NCBI GenBank assembly: GCA_902793915.1
Contig: CADBFJ010000001.1
Coordinates: 1-32,614, forward strand
From: an uncultured Ruminococcus sp.
GTDB lineage: Bacteria > Bacillota > Clostridia > Oscillospirales > CAG-272
Length of the DNA: 32,614 nucleotides
Reading direction: 5' to 3'
A model generated the notes under the pieces. It ran no database searches, was not told the origin of the DNA, and saw nothing but the letters and a program-made list of their open reading frames with translations. A program made the position numbers and the translations under genes. Within the stretch, counting starts at the first letter, position 1; every line of letters starts with the position of its first letter. Shown piece after piece: positions 25,845 through 32,614 of this stretch.

Positions 25845-27698
25845 ATGAAGAAATTAAGATGGATCTGCTTCCTTCTCTGCCTTGTTCTTTTGGCAACCCC
25901 GATCCTTTCGGCTTGCTCTTCCAAGGAGGAGAACGTGGAAGACAATATCAGCTCGGACGCGTCCGAAAGCGCCGTGACTCTTTCGATGTGGCTGGTGTCA
26001 AAAGAGCCTGTCTCTGCCGCTACCGCCGCGCTCATCAGCGAGCGAGTCAATGCCGTGACCAACGCAAGATTCAAGACCAAAGTGGTTCTCAAGTATCTGA
26101 CGAAAGAGGAATATCGTGCAGCGCTTGAAAACACCCTTCTGGCGTATGAAATTTCCAAAGGCATCACCGACGGAGAGATCCCCGAGGAAGCCGAGACGGC
26201 ACCTGCCCAGGATGAGACCGAACTCAACGAATACGGAATGTCGGTCATCAAATACCCAGAGCTGGAGGAAAACCAGGTCGATATCATCTACCTGTTCGGC
26301 GAGGATATGTACCGCGATTTTATCGGAAGCAACCGCCTGTATTCGCTTGATTCCGAGCTTTCCGCAAGTGCGGGGAAGATCGCCGAATACACTTCCGCCA
26401 ACCTGCTTGCCGCCGCCAAAGTGAACGGCGTCACCTACGCCATTCCCAACAACAATGCGATCGGTAGCTATACCTATCTGCTCCTCGATAAGAACCTGAT
26501 GGACGCGACGAGCTTTAACGCTTATGTCCAGAGCAACACGATCGACGGCTTTTTCCACCGCGACGTTTACAGTTGCCTCAGCTACTACGCAAAGGATGCG
26601 TCGGTCGCAACGATCGCAAACGACGTGATCGGCAGCGACAAGAGCGCCTATGATCTCTGCCTCGATCTGCTTGCCAACTATTGGGGCGTCGACGCGGATC
26701 TGACGCTTTCGGATGGCTTTTCGGTCTTCGGTCACGCCTATGGCGAAGAGGATACCATTGACAGAGGAAAAATTGCCCTGACCTGGGAAAACCTTTTCGC
26801 GGATGAAACCTTTGTCGATCGCTACCTCCATCTGCAACAGATGAAGCTCGACGGCTATTTTGAAGACGCCGGAGAGAAGAAAGCGCTTTTGCAGTTTGCC
26901 GTTGGCGACGCAAATCTTCTCAAGACCTACAACGCAAAGCTGCCCGGACTTTCCGAAAAGGAATACGAGGGCGCCGATTATTACGCAATCCCAATCGCCA
27001 ACCCGGTTGCAACCTCCGAGGATATTTATTCCAATATGTTCGGCGTTTGCCGCTACACCAAGAGCCTCGCTCGCAGTATGCAGATCATCACCCTGCTCAA
27101 CACCGACGTTTCCTTCCGCAACCTGCTCCAATACGGTGTGGAAGGGACGCACTACAAGATGATCGGCACCAACGTGGTGCAGGCGACGAGCGGCGACTAC
27201 AAAATGGATCTTTCCGCCACCGGCAACGAGTTTTTGGCATACCTGACCGCCGATCTTCCCGCAGACCTTTGGGAGAACGGAAAGGTGCAGAACCGCGACT
27301 CGACGATCTCTCCCTTGCTCGGCTTTGACCTTGCCGCCGCGGCAAACGGAAAAGCCGTGGACAGCGCGCTCATTCAATATCTGCACACACTCGATCTCGA
27401 ATTGCAAGATGAGCTTAACGGCTGCAAGAATGATTCCGCTATGGAAGTTTTGGTTGAGGAGATCGGCAAACTGCTCGATCCCGCGGACAAATCCAAAGCA
27501 AGCGACTTTACCGCGTTGAAAAGCTTTATCGAAAAGAGCGTGATCGCAGGCGATCTTGAAACTTTGCGCGAAAACCTGACCAAAGCCTACGCTACCGAAG
27601 CGGTCGCCCCGGCAGACGAGGATCTTCTCCCCTTGGAGACGCCCAACTCGCTCTACTACGCGTGGATGCTCGAAAACGGGTATTTGCCGGTCGAATAA
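25845..27698 (+). CDS. Extracellular solute-binding lipoprotein (family-1 SBP-like), orphan
   Basis: ATG 25845 after GGGAGG; signal peptide with lipobox LSAC; KVNGVTYAIP, NLLQYGVEGTHY and SPLLGF motifs typical of clostridial carbohydrate SBPs. Confidence 0.7.
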   Translation: MKKLRWICFLLCLVLLATPILSACSSKEENVEDNISSDASESAVTLSMWLVSKEPVSAATAALISERVNAVTNARFKTKVVLKYLTKEEYRAALENTLLAYEISKGITDGEIPEEAETAPAQDETELNEYGMSVIKYPELEENQVDIIYLFGEDMYRDFIGSNRLYSLDSELSASAGKIAEYTSANLLAAAKVNGVTYAIPNNNAIGSYTYLLLDKNLMDATSFNAYVQSNTIDGFFHRDVYSCLSYYAKDASVATIANDVIGSDKSAYDLCLDLLANYWGVDADLTLSDGFSVFGHAYGEEDTIDRGKIALTWENLFADETFVDRYLHLQQMKLDGYFEDAGEKKALLQFAVGDANLLKTYNAKLPGLSEKEYEGADYYAIPIANPVATSEDIYSNMFGVCRYTKSLARSMQIITLLNTDVSFRNLLQYGVEGTHYKMIGTNVVQATSGDYKMDLSATGNEFLAYLTADLPADLWENGKVQNRDSTISPLLGFDLAAAANGKAVDSALIQYLHTLDLELQDELNGCKNDSAMEVLVEEIGKLLDPADKSKASDFTALKSFIEKSVIAGDLETLRENLTKAYATEAVAPADEDLLPLETPNSLYYAWMLENGYLPVE

Positions 27699-27722
27699 TT
27701 TATTTTTGAAAGTGATATCGTT

Positions 27723-28727
27723 ATGTTTGGAGATCAAAAAGTTTCCTTTTCCGGAGTCCAGCCCAGCGGGAACTTGACCATCGGAAATTACCTCGGCGCT
27801 CTGCGGAATTTTTCCACCTACTCCGAGGAATATAAAACCTTCTATTGCGTGGTGGATGAACACGCCATCACGGTGCGGCAGATCCCCGCAGAACTTCGTC
27901 GCAGAACCTATGAGACGCTTGCCCTCTATATGGCTTGCGGACTTGACCCCGAAAAGAATACGCTCTACGTCCAGTCGATGGTGCACGAGCACGCGGAACT
28001 TTCGTGGATCCTCAACTGCTTTACCATGTTCGGCGAGCTTTCGCGCATGACCCAGTTCAAGGATAAGAGCGCCAAGCACGCGGATAACATCAATGCGGGG
28101 CTTTTCACCTATCCTGTGCTTATGGCATCGGATATTCTGCTTTACCAGACCGACGTCGTGCCGGTCGGCATTGACCAAAAGCAACACGTCGAACTTTGCC
28201 GCGACATCGCCATGCGCTTCAATCAGGTCTATCCCGATACCTTCACGATCCCAGAGCCGATCGTGGCAAAGCAGGGCAGAAAGATCATGTCGCTCGCCGA
28301 GCCCACCAAAAAGATGAGCAAATCGGATGAGAACCCCAACGCCGTCGTCTATATCCTCGACGACAGGGACACCATCATCCGCAAATTCAAGCGCGCCGTG
28401 ACCGACTCGGAGAGCGAAATTCGTTACGATGAAGCCGCAAAGCCCGGCGTCAGCAACCTGCTTTCGATCTATTCCTGCTTCACCGGCAAAACGATCGAGG
28501 AAGCCGAAAAGGAATTCGCCGGCAAGGGCTACGGCGATTTCAAAGCCGCCGTCGGAGAAGTGACCGCGGACGCGCTCGCACCTGTGCAGGCGGAGTTTGC
28601 CCGCCGTCTTGCAGACAAGGCGGGGCTCGAAGCGCAGATGAAAAAGGGCGCCGAGGAGGCCTCTTATTACGCCCGCCGCACCCTTTCCAAAGTGCAAAAG
28701 AAACTCGGATTCGTGCAACTGCATTGA
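27723..28727 (+). CDS. trpS: Tryptophan--tRNA ligase
   Basis: SGVQPSGNLTIGNYLGA, YPVLMASDIL, VPVGIDQKQH, KMSKS. Confidence 0.97.
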   Translation: MFGDQKVSFSGVQPSGNLTIGNYLGALRNFSTYSEEYKTFYCVVDEHAITVRQIPAELRRRTYETLALYMACGLDPEKNTLYVQSMVHEHAELSWILNCFTMFGELSRMTQFKDKSAKHADNINAGLFTYPVLMASDILLYQTDVVPVGIDQKQHVELCRDIAMRFNQVYPDTFTIPEPIVAKQGRKIMSLAEPTKKMSKSDENPNAVVYILDDRDTIIRKFKRAVTDSESEIRYDEAAKPGVSNLLSIYSCFTGKTIEEAEKEFAGKGYGDFKAAVGEVTADALAPVQAEFARRLADKAGLEAQMKKGAEEASYYARRTLSKVQKKLGFVQLH

Positions 28728-28739
28728 AAAACAAAACAG

Positions 28740-28774
28740 AGCAGGGGATTTTTCAAAAATCCCCTGCTTTCTTT
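28740..28774 (+). terminator. Terminator after trpS
   Basis: AGCAGGGGATTTTT-C-AAAAATCCCCTGCT then TTCTTT. Confidence 0.8.
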
Positions 28775-28785
28775 CTGTTTCGCTC

Positions 28786-28814
28786 TTGACAAGCGCGGCT
28801 ACTCGTATTATAAT
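28786..28814 (+). promoter_or_regulatory. Sigma-A promoter of tRNA-Gly
   Basis: TTGACA, 17 bp, TATAAT: perfect consensus. Confidence 0.9.
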
Positions 28815-28825
28815 GGTATCACCTC

Positions 28826-28899
28826 GCAGATGTAACTCAATGGCAGAGTGTCCGCTTCCCAAGCCGAATACGCGGGTTCGATTCCCGTCATCTGCTCCA
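28826..28899 (+). tRNA. tRNA-Gly(CCC)
   Basis: Cloverleaf: acceptor GCAGATG/CATCTGC, D arm ACTC/GAGT, anticodon loop TTCCCAA, T arm GCGGG-TTCGATT-CCCGT, discriminator T, encoded CCA; 74 nt. Confidence 0.95.
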
Positions 28900-28946
28900 A
28901 AGGAAAAGCCTCCCAACCGGGAGGCTTTTCCTTTGGAGCAGATGAC
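28887..28946. repeat. Perfect 28-bp inverted repeat incorporating the tRNA 3' end
   Basis: GTCATCTGCTCCAAAGGAAAAGCCTCCC-aacc-GGGAGGCTTTTCCTTTGGAGCAGATGAC. Confidence 0.92.
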
Positions 28947-29085
28947 CGAACCCGGCTTGCGTATGCAAGCGCGGGTTCGCATTTGCGACGAAGCGCGGCG
29001 CTTGCTTGCGAGACACCTGCGAGGTGCCAAAAATATTCGCCGCAGGCGAAGTTTTCATCATACAAAAAATTTTATACTATTTTAA

Positions 29086-29114
29086 TTGATTTTTTTCTGT
29101 CCTTGTGCTATCAT
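29086..29114 (+). promoter_or_regulatory. Candidate sigma-A promoter upstream of the GNAT remnant
   Basis: TTGATT, 17 bp, TATCAT with extended TG. Confidence 0.45.
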
Positions 29115-29193
29115 ATTCATGTTCCAATCCGCTTCAAAACCACATCCGACTACATTGGCATTTACGCCGTGATGGGAAGGCAAGAGCATCCTT

Positions 29194-29306
29194 CGAGCTT
29201 CGCGCCGAGTGATGGAAAATGCGGTATGCGTTACAGCCACACAAACGAAAAAGAGCTGACCTATCTTGACAAAGAGCGAGATCTGATCTATTATGTGATT
29301 GAAAAA
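29194..29306 (+). pseudogene. C-terminal remnant of a RimJ/RimL-type GNAT acetyltransferase
   Basis: Restoring one A at 29218-29219 gives RASRRVMEKCGMRYSHTNEKELTYLDKERDLIYYVIEK, matching the ASxRVMEKCGM motif of RimL-type GNATs. No intact N-terminus is present. Confidence 0.6.
29266..29294 (+). promoter_or_regulatory. Sigma-A promoter for the 54-aa ORF
   Basis: TTGACA, 17 bp, TATTAT. Confidence 0.6.
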
Positions 29307-29318
29307 GGAGAAATAGCC

Positions 29319-29483
29319 ATGGAAGAACAAATTGTAAAGATTACGATCAAAACCAAAGGAGAGGAATGCCAGATGACCGACGCCGAGATCAAGGCGTGGT
29401 ATCAGGAAAAGGTGGAAAGCCTCTTTAACCCCGCCTACGGCACGCCCGAGATCGACGTGGAACTGACGCGCAAGAAAAACTAA
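29319..29483 (+). CDS. Small hypothetical protein, 54 aa
   Basis: RBS AAAGGAG, ATG at 29319, MEEQIVKITIKTKGEECQMTDAEIKAWYQEKVESLFNPAYGTPEIDVELTRKKN, followed by a terminator. Confidence 0.75.
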   Translation: MEEQIVKITIKTKGEECQMTDAEIKAWYQEKVESLFNPAYGTPEIDVELTRKKN

Positions 29484-29493
29484 ACCGAAAAGG

Positions 29494-29521
29494 AAGCCCC
29501 CGGCTTATGCCGGGGGCTTTT
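29494..29521. terminator. Terminator between convergent genes
   Basis: AAGCCCCCGGC-ttat-GCCGGGGGCTT-TT. Confidence 0.8.
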
Positions 29522-29539
29522 GGGTTGCTTTGCAAATTT

Positions 29540-29998
29540 TTATTTCTTGTTGAAGAGCGCCAGCACACCGTTGACGATGAGCGCGACGCCGAGGAGAATG
29601 AAAAACCAGTTGTACGCCGCCCATTGATTGATGACGAGCAGGACACCGACAAGCGCGGTCATGAGGTTTGCCAAAATCGTAAAGAAGCTCTGGTGGTAGC
29701 GGAAGAGGTTTGCAATGCTGTAAACGATGAGGACGATGCCGAGCACGAGGGTTGCAACGCCGAGCAGTGCAATTCCAAAATAGAAGATGGCGACGCCGAC
29801 GACGATCTCGAAAATGCCGATGACGGCATTGCGGTTGATAATGTCAATGATCCCCTGTGCGAGAAAGAGGGCACCCGCGATCCACATGACCCAGTTCAGC
29901 ACGGCGCCCTGCTTGACGCAGAAGAGGACTCCCATGACGATGTAGGCAAGTGCCAGAACGATGTTGCGAACTTCGGCTTTGCTTCTTTTTGCAGACAT
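29540..29998 (-). CDS. HdeD/DUF308-like polytopic membrane protein
   Basis: 152 aa, about six short hydrophobic helices with repeated xxxGxxLIVxG pattern; RBS AAGGAG. Confidence 0.65.
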   Translation of the reverse strand: MSAKRSKAEVRNIVLALAYIVMGVLFCVKQGAVLNWVMWIAGALFLAQGIIDIINRNAVIGIFEIVVGVAIFYFGIALLGVATLVLGIVLIVYSIANLFRYHQSFFTILANLMTALVGVLLVINQWAAYNWFFILLGVALIVNGVLALFNKK

Positions 29999-30045
29999 AA
30001 TGTTTCTCCTTTTTCTTACAAAAAGTTTGAATTTTCTTCGCTTTC

Positions 30046-30074
30046 AGTATAGCATATTTTTGAAGGAAAAGCAA
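30046..30074 (-). promoter_or_regulatory. Sigma-A promoter of the DUF308-like gene
   Basis: Minus strand TTGCTT, 17 bp, TATACT with extended TG. Confidence 0.65.
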
Positions 30075-30093
30075 GCACTTTTTTATTCGCGTC

Positions 30094-30122
30094 TTGCATT
30101 TTTCGGATTTTTGTGGTACAAT
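30094..30122 (+). promoter_or_regulatory. Sigma-A promoter of trkH-trkA
   Basis: TTGCAT, 17 bp, TACAAT with extended TG. Confidence 0.7.
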
Positions 30123-30153
30123 ATCCATAAATTGATGAAAGGGGGGAAGATGC

Positions 30154-31485
30154 TTGAAAAAAAGAAGAAGACTGAAAATTTCTTCCTTTCAGACTGCGCT
30201 GCTCGGCTTTCTCGGCGTGATTTTTATCGGGGCACTGCTCCTCATGCTCCCGATCTCTACCAAAGCGCGGGTCGAAACGCCCTTTGTCAACGCGCTCTTT
30301 ACTTCGACCTCGGCGGTCTGCGTGACAGGACTTGTGGTTTACGATACGGCGACCTACTGGTCGTTTTTCGGGCAGGCGCTCATCCTGCTCCTCATTCAGA
30401 TCGGGGGCATGGGAGTTATCATGGTCGCGACCTCGATCGCGGTCCTATCGGGCAAAAAACTCGGACTGTTCGGAAAAGACGCGATGAAAGAAACCTTTTC
30501 GACCGAGAGCATCGGCGGCATCGAACACCTGATCGGCTTTGTCCTCAAGGGCGTGCTTATCGTCGAACTTGCGGGCGCGCTTGCGCTTTTGCCCGCTTTT
30601 TGCAGTCGTTATGGCTGGAGAGGCATCTGGCTTTCATTCTTTCACTCGATTTCCGCCTTTTGCAACGCCGGCTTTGACGTGATGGGAAGTCTGGAAGGCG
30701 AGTTCTCCTCTTTGACCGTTTATGCGTCAAACCCCTATATCAATATCGTTATCATGCTTCTCATCATCGTGGGCGGTATCGGCTTTATGACCTGGGAGGA
30801 CGTTTGCAAACACAAACTGCACATAAGAAAGTACAAAACCCAGAGCAAAGTGATCCTGTGGACGACCCTGTTCCTCATTCTGCTCCCGGCGCTCTGTTTC
30901 TTCTTCTTCGAGTTTTCGAGTGAGCCGACGTCGCGCAGAGTTTGGCTTTCCCTGTTTGCTTCGGTGACACCGAGAACTGCGGGCTTTAACACGGCGAACC
31001 TTTCCGCCTTGAGCGATTTTGGACAGCGGATCACGATTTTCCTCATGCTTGTGGGTGGTTCTCCCGCGTCTACCGCGGGCGGTATCAAAACCACGACGCT
31101 TGCCGTTTTGCTCGCTTCCATGGTGGCGGTCTTCCGCAAACGCGAGGACGTTTCCTTCTTCCGCCGTCGGGTGGCAAACGAAACGATCAAAAAAGCCGCC
31201 GCACTCCTTGCGCTCTACCTTATGCTTTTCTTTGTTTTCGGCGTGGCGATCAGCGCGATCGAGGGGCTGCCCGTGGATAAGTGTCTCTTTGAGACGGCAT
31301 CCGCAGTCGGCACGGTCGGTCTTTCCATGGGCATTACGCCCATGCTCGGGAGTGTTTCCAAATGCTTTCTCATGGCGCTCATGTTCTTCGGCAGAGTCGG
31401 GGGGCTGACGCTCATTTATGCGGCGGTGGGACGGGATACCATCGGCGAAGCGAAATATCCCATAGATCAAATTACCGTGGGGTGA
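30154..31485 (+). CDS. trkH: Trk/Ktr potassium uptake membrane subunit (KtrB/TrkH)
   Basis: Four pore loops, each with Gly: SAVCVTGL, SAFCNAGF, PRTAGF, SAVGTVGL; GGSPASTAGGIK; FFGRVG; TTG start. Confidence 0.92.
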   Translation: MKKRRRLKISSFQTALLGFLGVIFIGALLLMLPISTKARVETPFVNALFTSTSAVCVTGLVVYDTATYWSFFGQALILLLIQIGGMGVIMVATSIAVLSGKKLGLFGKDAMKETFSTESIGGIEHLIGFVLKGVLIVELAGALALLPAFCSRYGWRGIWLSFFHSISAFCNAGFDVMGSLEGEFSSLTVYASNPYINIVIMLLIIVGGIGFMTWEDVCKHKLHIRKYKTQSKVILWTTLFLILLPALCFFFFEFSSEPTSRRVWLSLFASVTPRTAGFNTANLSALSDFGQRITIFLMLVGGSPASTAGGIKTTTLAVLLASMVAVFRKREDVSFFRRRVANETIKKAAALLALYLMLFFVFGVAISAIEGLPVDKCLFETASAVGTVGLSMGITPMLGSVSKCFLMALMFFGRVGGLTLIYAAVGRDTIGEAKYPIDQITVG

Positions 31486-31490
31486 TACAC

Positions 31491-32147
31491 ATGAAAAAAA
31501 GAAAATCGATTTTGCTCATCGGCGTAGGAAAATTCGGCAGATACACCGCAGAAAAGCTGAACGAGTTGGGACACGAGATCATGGCGGTTGACAAGAACGA
31601 ACAGCGCGTCAACGACATTATGCCGCTTGTGACCAGTGCGCTCATCGGCGACAGCACGAACGAAAAGTTCTTAAAGCAGCTTGACGTCGATCAATATGAC
31701 GTTTGCATGGTCACCATCGGCGAGGATTTCCAAAGCTCGCTCGAAACGACCTATCTCTTAAAGCAACTTGGCGCCAAAAAGGTGATCGCACGCGCGGCGC
31801 GCGACGGACAAGCCGAGTTGTTGCGCCGCAGCGGTGCCGACGAAGTGGTCTACCCCGAAAAGCAGCTCGCTTCCTGGATCGCCATCCGATATAGCGCAGA
31901 CCATATCCTCGACTACATCGAACTCGACGAAAACTGCTCGATCTTTGAGGTTACGGTTCCCAAGAGTTGGCTCGGCAAGAGCATTTTGGAGCTTGACGTT
32001 CGCAGAAAGTACAACGTCAACATCATCGGCGTCCGCGAGAACGGCAAACTCAACGCGTCGGTCACGCCTGGCATCATTTTGACCGAGAGCAAAACGCTCC
32101 TGGTTCTGGGCGAATACAAAGAACTGCAAAAGTGCTTTAACATTTAA
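31491..32147 (+). CDS. trkA: Trk/Ktr RCK regulatory subunit (KtrA/TrkA)
   Basis: IGVGKFG, GDSTNE, GADEVVYPE, RCK_C GKSILELDVRRKYNVNIIG. Confidence 0.92.
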   Translation: MKKRKSILLIGVGKFGRYTAEKLNELGHEIMAVDKNEQRVNDIMPLVTSALIGDSTNEKFLKQLDVDQYDVCMVTIGEDFQSSLETTYLLKQLGAKKVIARAARDGQAELLRRSGADEVVYPEKQLASWIAIRYSADHILDYIELDENCSIFEVTVPKSWLGKSILELDVRRKYNVNIIGVRENGKLNASVTPGIILTESKTLLVLGEYKELQKCFNI

Positions 32148-32148
32148 C

Positions 32149-32179
32149 AAAAGGGCGGGAGTTTTCCCGCTCTTTTTTT
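32149..32179 (+). terminator. Terminator after trkA
   Basis: AAAAGGGCGGGA-gttt-TCCCGCTCTTTT-TTT. Confidence 0.75.
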
Positions 32180-32190
32180 ATTTGCCGCTC

Positions 32191-32219
32191 TTGCAAAAAG
32201 CGGGAAATCATGGTAGAAT
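32191..32219 (+). promoter_or_regulatory. Sigma-A promoter of lepA
   Basis: TTGCAA, 17 bp, TAGAAT with extended TG. Confidence 0.7.
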
Positions 32220-32261
32220 AAACAAAAGTCTATCTTTCCGTTCAGAAAGGTTGGTACCAAC

Positions 32262-32614
32262 GTGCAAAACAGCGAAAGACAAGAGCGGATCCGCAACTTT
32301 TCGATCATCGCGCATATCGACCACGGCAAGTCCACGCTTGCCGACCGGATTTTGGAACTGACCGACACGGTCTCGGCGCGCGATATGGAGGAGCAGATCC
32401 TCGATAACATGGATCTCGAACGCGAGCGCGGCATCACGATCAAAGCGCGCGCGGTTAAACTCAATTACAAAGCCAAAGACGGCAAAACCTACGTCTTTAA
32501 CCTCATTGACACCCCCGGTCACGTCGACTTTAACTATGAAGTTTCGCGCTCGCTCAACGCTTGCGAGGGCGCGCTTCTCGTCGTGGATGCCACACAGGGG
32601 ATCGAAGCCCAGAC
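32262..32614 (+). CDS. lepA: Elongation factor 4 (LepA), 5' part, truncated by the window
   Basis: GTG start; [57 protein letters not shown]. Absent from the ORF track because there is no stop in the window. Confidence 0.96.
   Translation, partial: MQNSERQERIRNFSIIAHIDHGKSTLADRILELTDTVSARDMEEQILDNMDLERERGITIKARAVKLNYKAKDGKTYVFNLIDTPGHVDFNYEVSRSLNACEGALLVVDATQGIEAQ

Noticed and set aside
28826-28899. Non-proteinogenic (cell-wall) tRNA-Gly
   Set aside because: It keeps the D-loop GG, the TTC T-loop and G-C pairs in the T stem, unlike the staphylococcal non-proteinogenic tRNA-Gly species.
25998-29030. 1010-aa minus-strand ORF spanning the lipoprotein gene, trpS and the tRNA
   Set aside because: Antisense shadow of well-supported + strand genes. 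Codon bias at this GC content suppresses antisense stops, and it has no RBS or recognisable motifs. Its N-terminus is translated antisense tRNA.
29119-29259. Leaderless ORF MFQSASKPHPTTLAFTP-UGA-WEGK... as a selenoprotein or read-through product
   Set aside because: No SECIS-like hairpin or redox motif is evident, and the downstream part is better explained as a GNAT remnant.
28848-29318. N-terminal 157 aa of the 211-aa ORF 28848..29483
   Set aside because: Begins inside the tRNA and crosses hairpins and promoters; only 29319-29483 has an RBS-supported start.
28899-30000. Integrated prophage or ICE at tRNA-Gly
   Set aside because: No integrase and no clean direct repeat of the tRNA 3' end downstream in the window; only about 1 kb of accessory sequence precedes trkH.
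30000-30153. c-di-AMP riboswitch upstream of trkH-trkA
   Set aside because: The predicted 5' UTR is only about 25 nt, and the intergenic region is taken up by two divergent promoters.

Overview
A 32.6 kb, mostly core-genome stretch from a spore-forming Clostridia-class bacterium (Oscillospirales-like by gene content and order; this placement is inference). In order: 3' end of a Na+/proline symporter; a complete rnfCDGEAB operon with a consensus sigma-A promoter and a candidate Rex operator; a REPIN-like inverted palindrome pair; an orphan sorbitol-6-phosphate dehydrogenase; rpsF-ssb-rpsR with an S6:S18 leader RNA; a ComEC-type MBL lipoprotein and a YmfI-like SDR; ylbJ divergent from yqfC-yqfD-phoH-ybeY-era-recO-mutS2; a CarD-family gene convergent on an uninterrupted sigK; rpmE-hflX-yigZ; dgt-dnaG-rpoD, an orphan solute-binding lipoprotein and trpS; tRNA-Gly(CCC); a small accessory patch; a DUF308-like membrane protein; trkH-trkA; and the 5' end of lepA. 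I see no integrase, transposase, CRISPR array or defence island, and no convincing novel multi-gene protein system. The most unusual signals are non-coding: (1) a tRNA-Gly trailer carrying a perfect 28-bp inverted repeat that includes the tRNA's own 3' end, plus a competing second T-arm copy and further hairpins; (2) next to it, a frameshifted GNAT remnant containing a near-consensus promoter in front of an unannotated 54-aa protein; (3) a REPIN-like element after rnfB.
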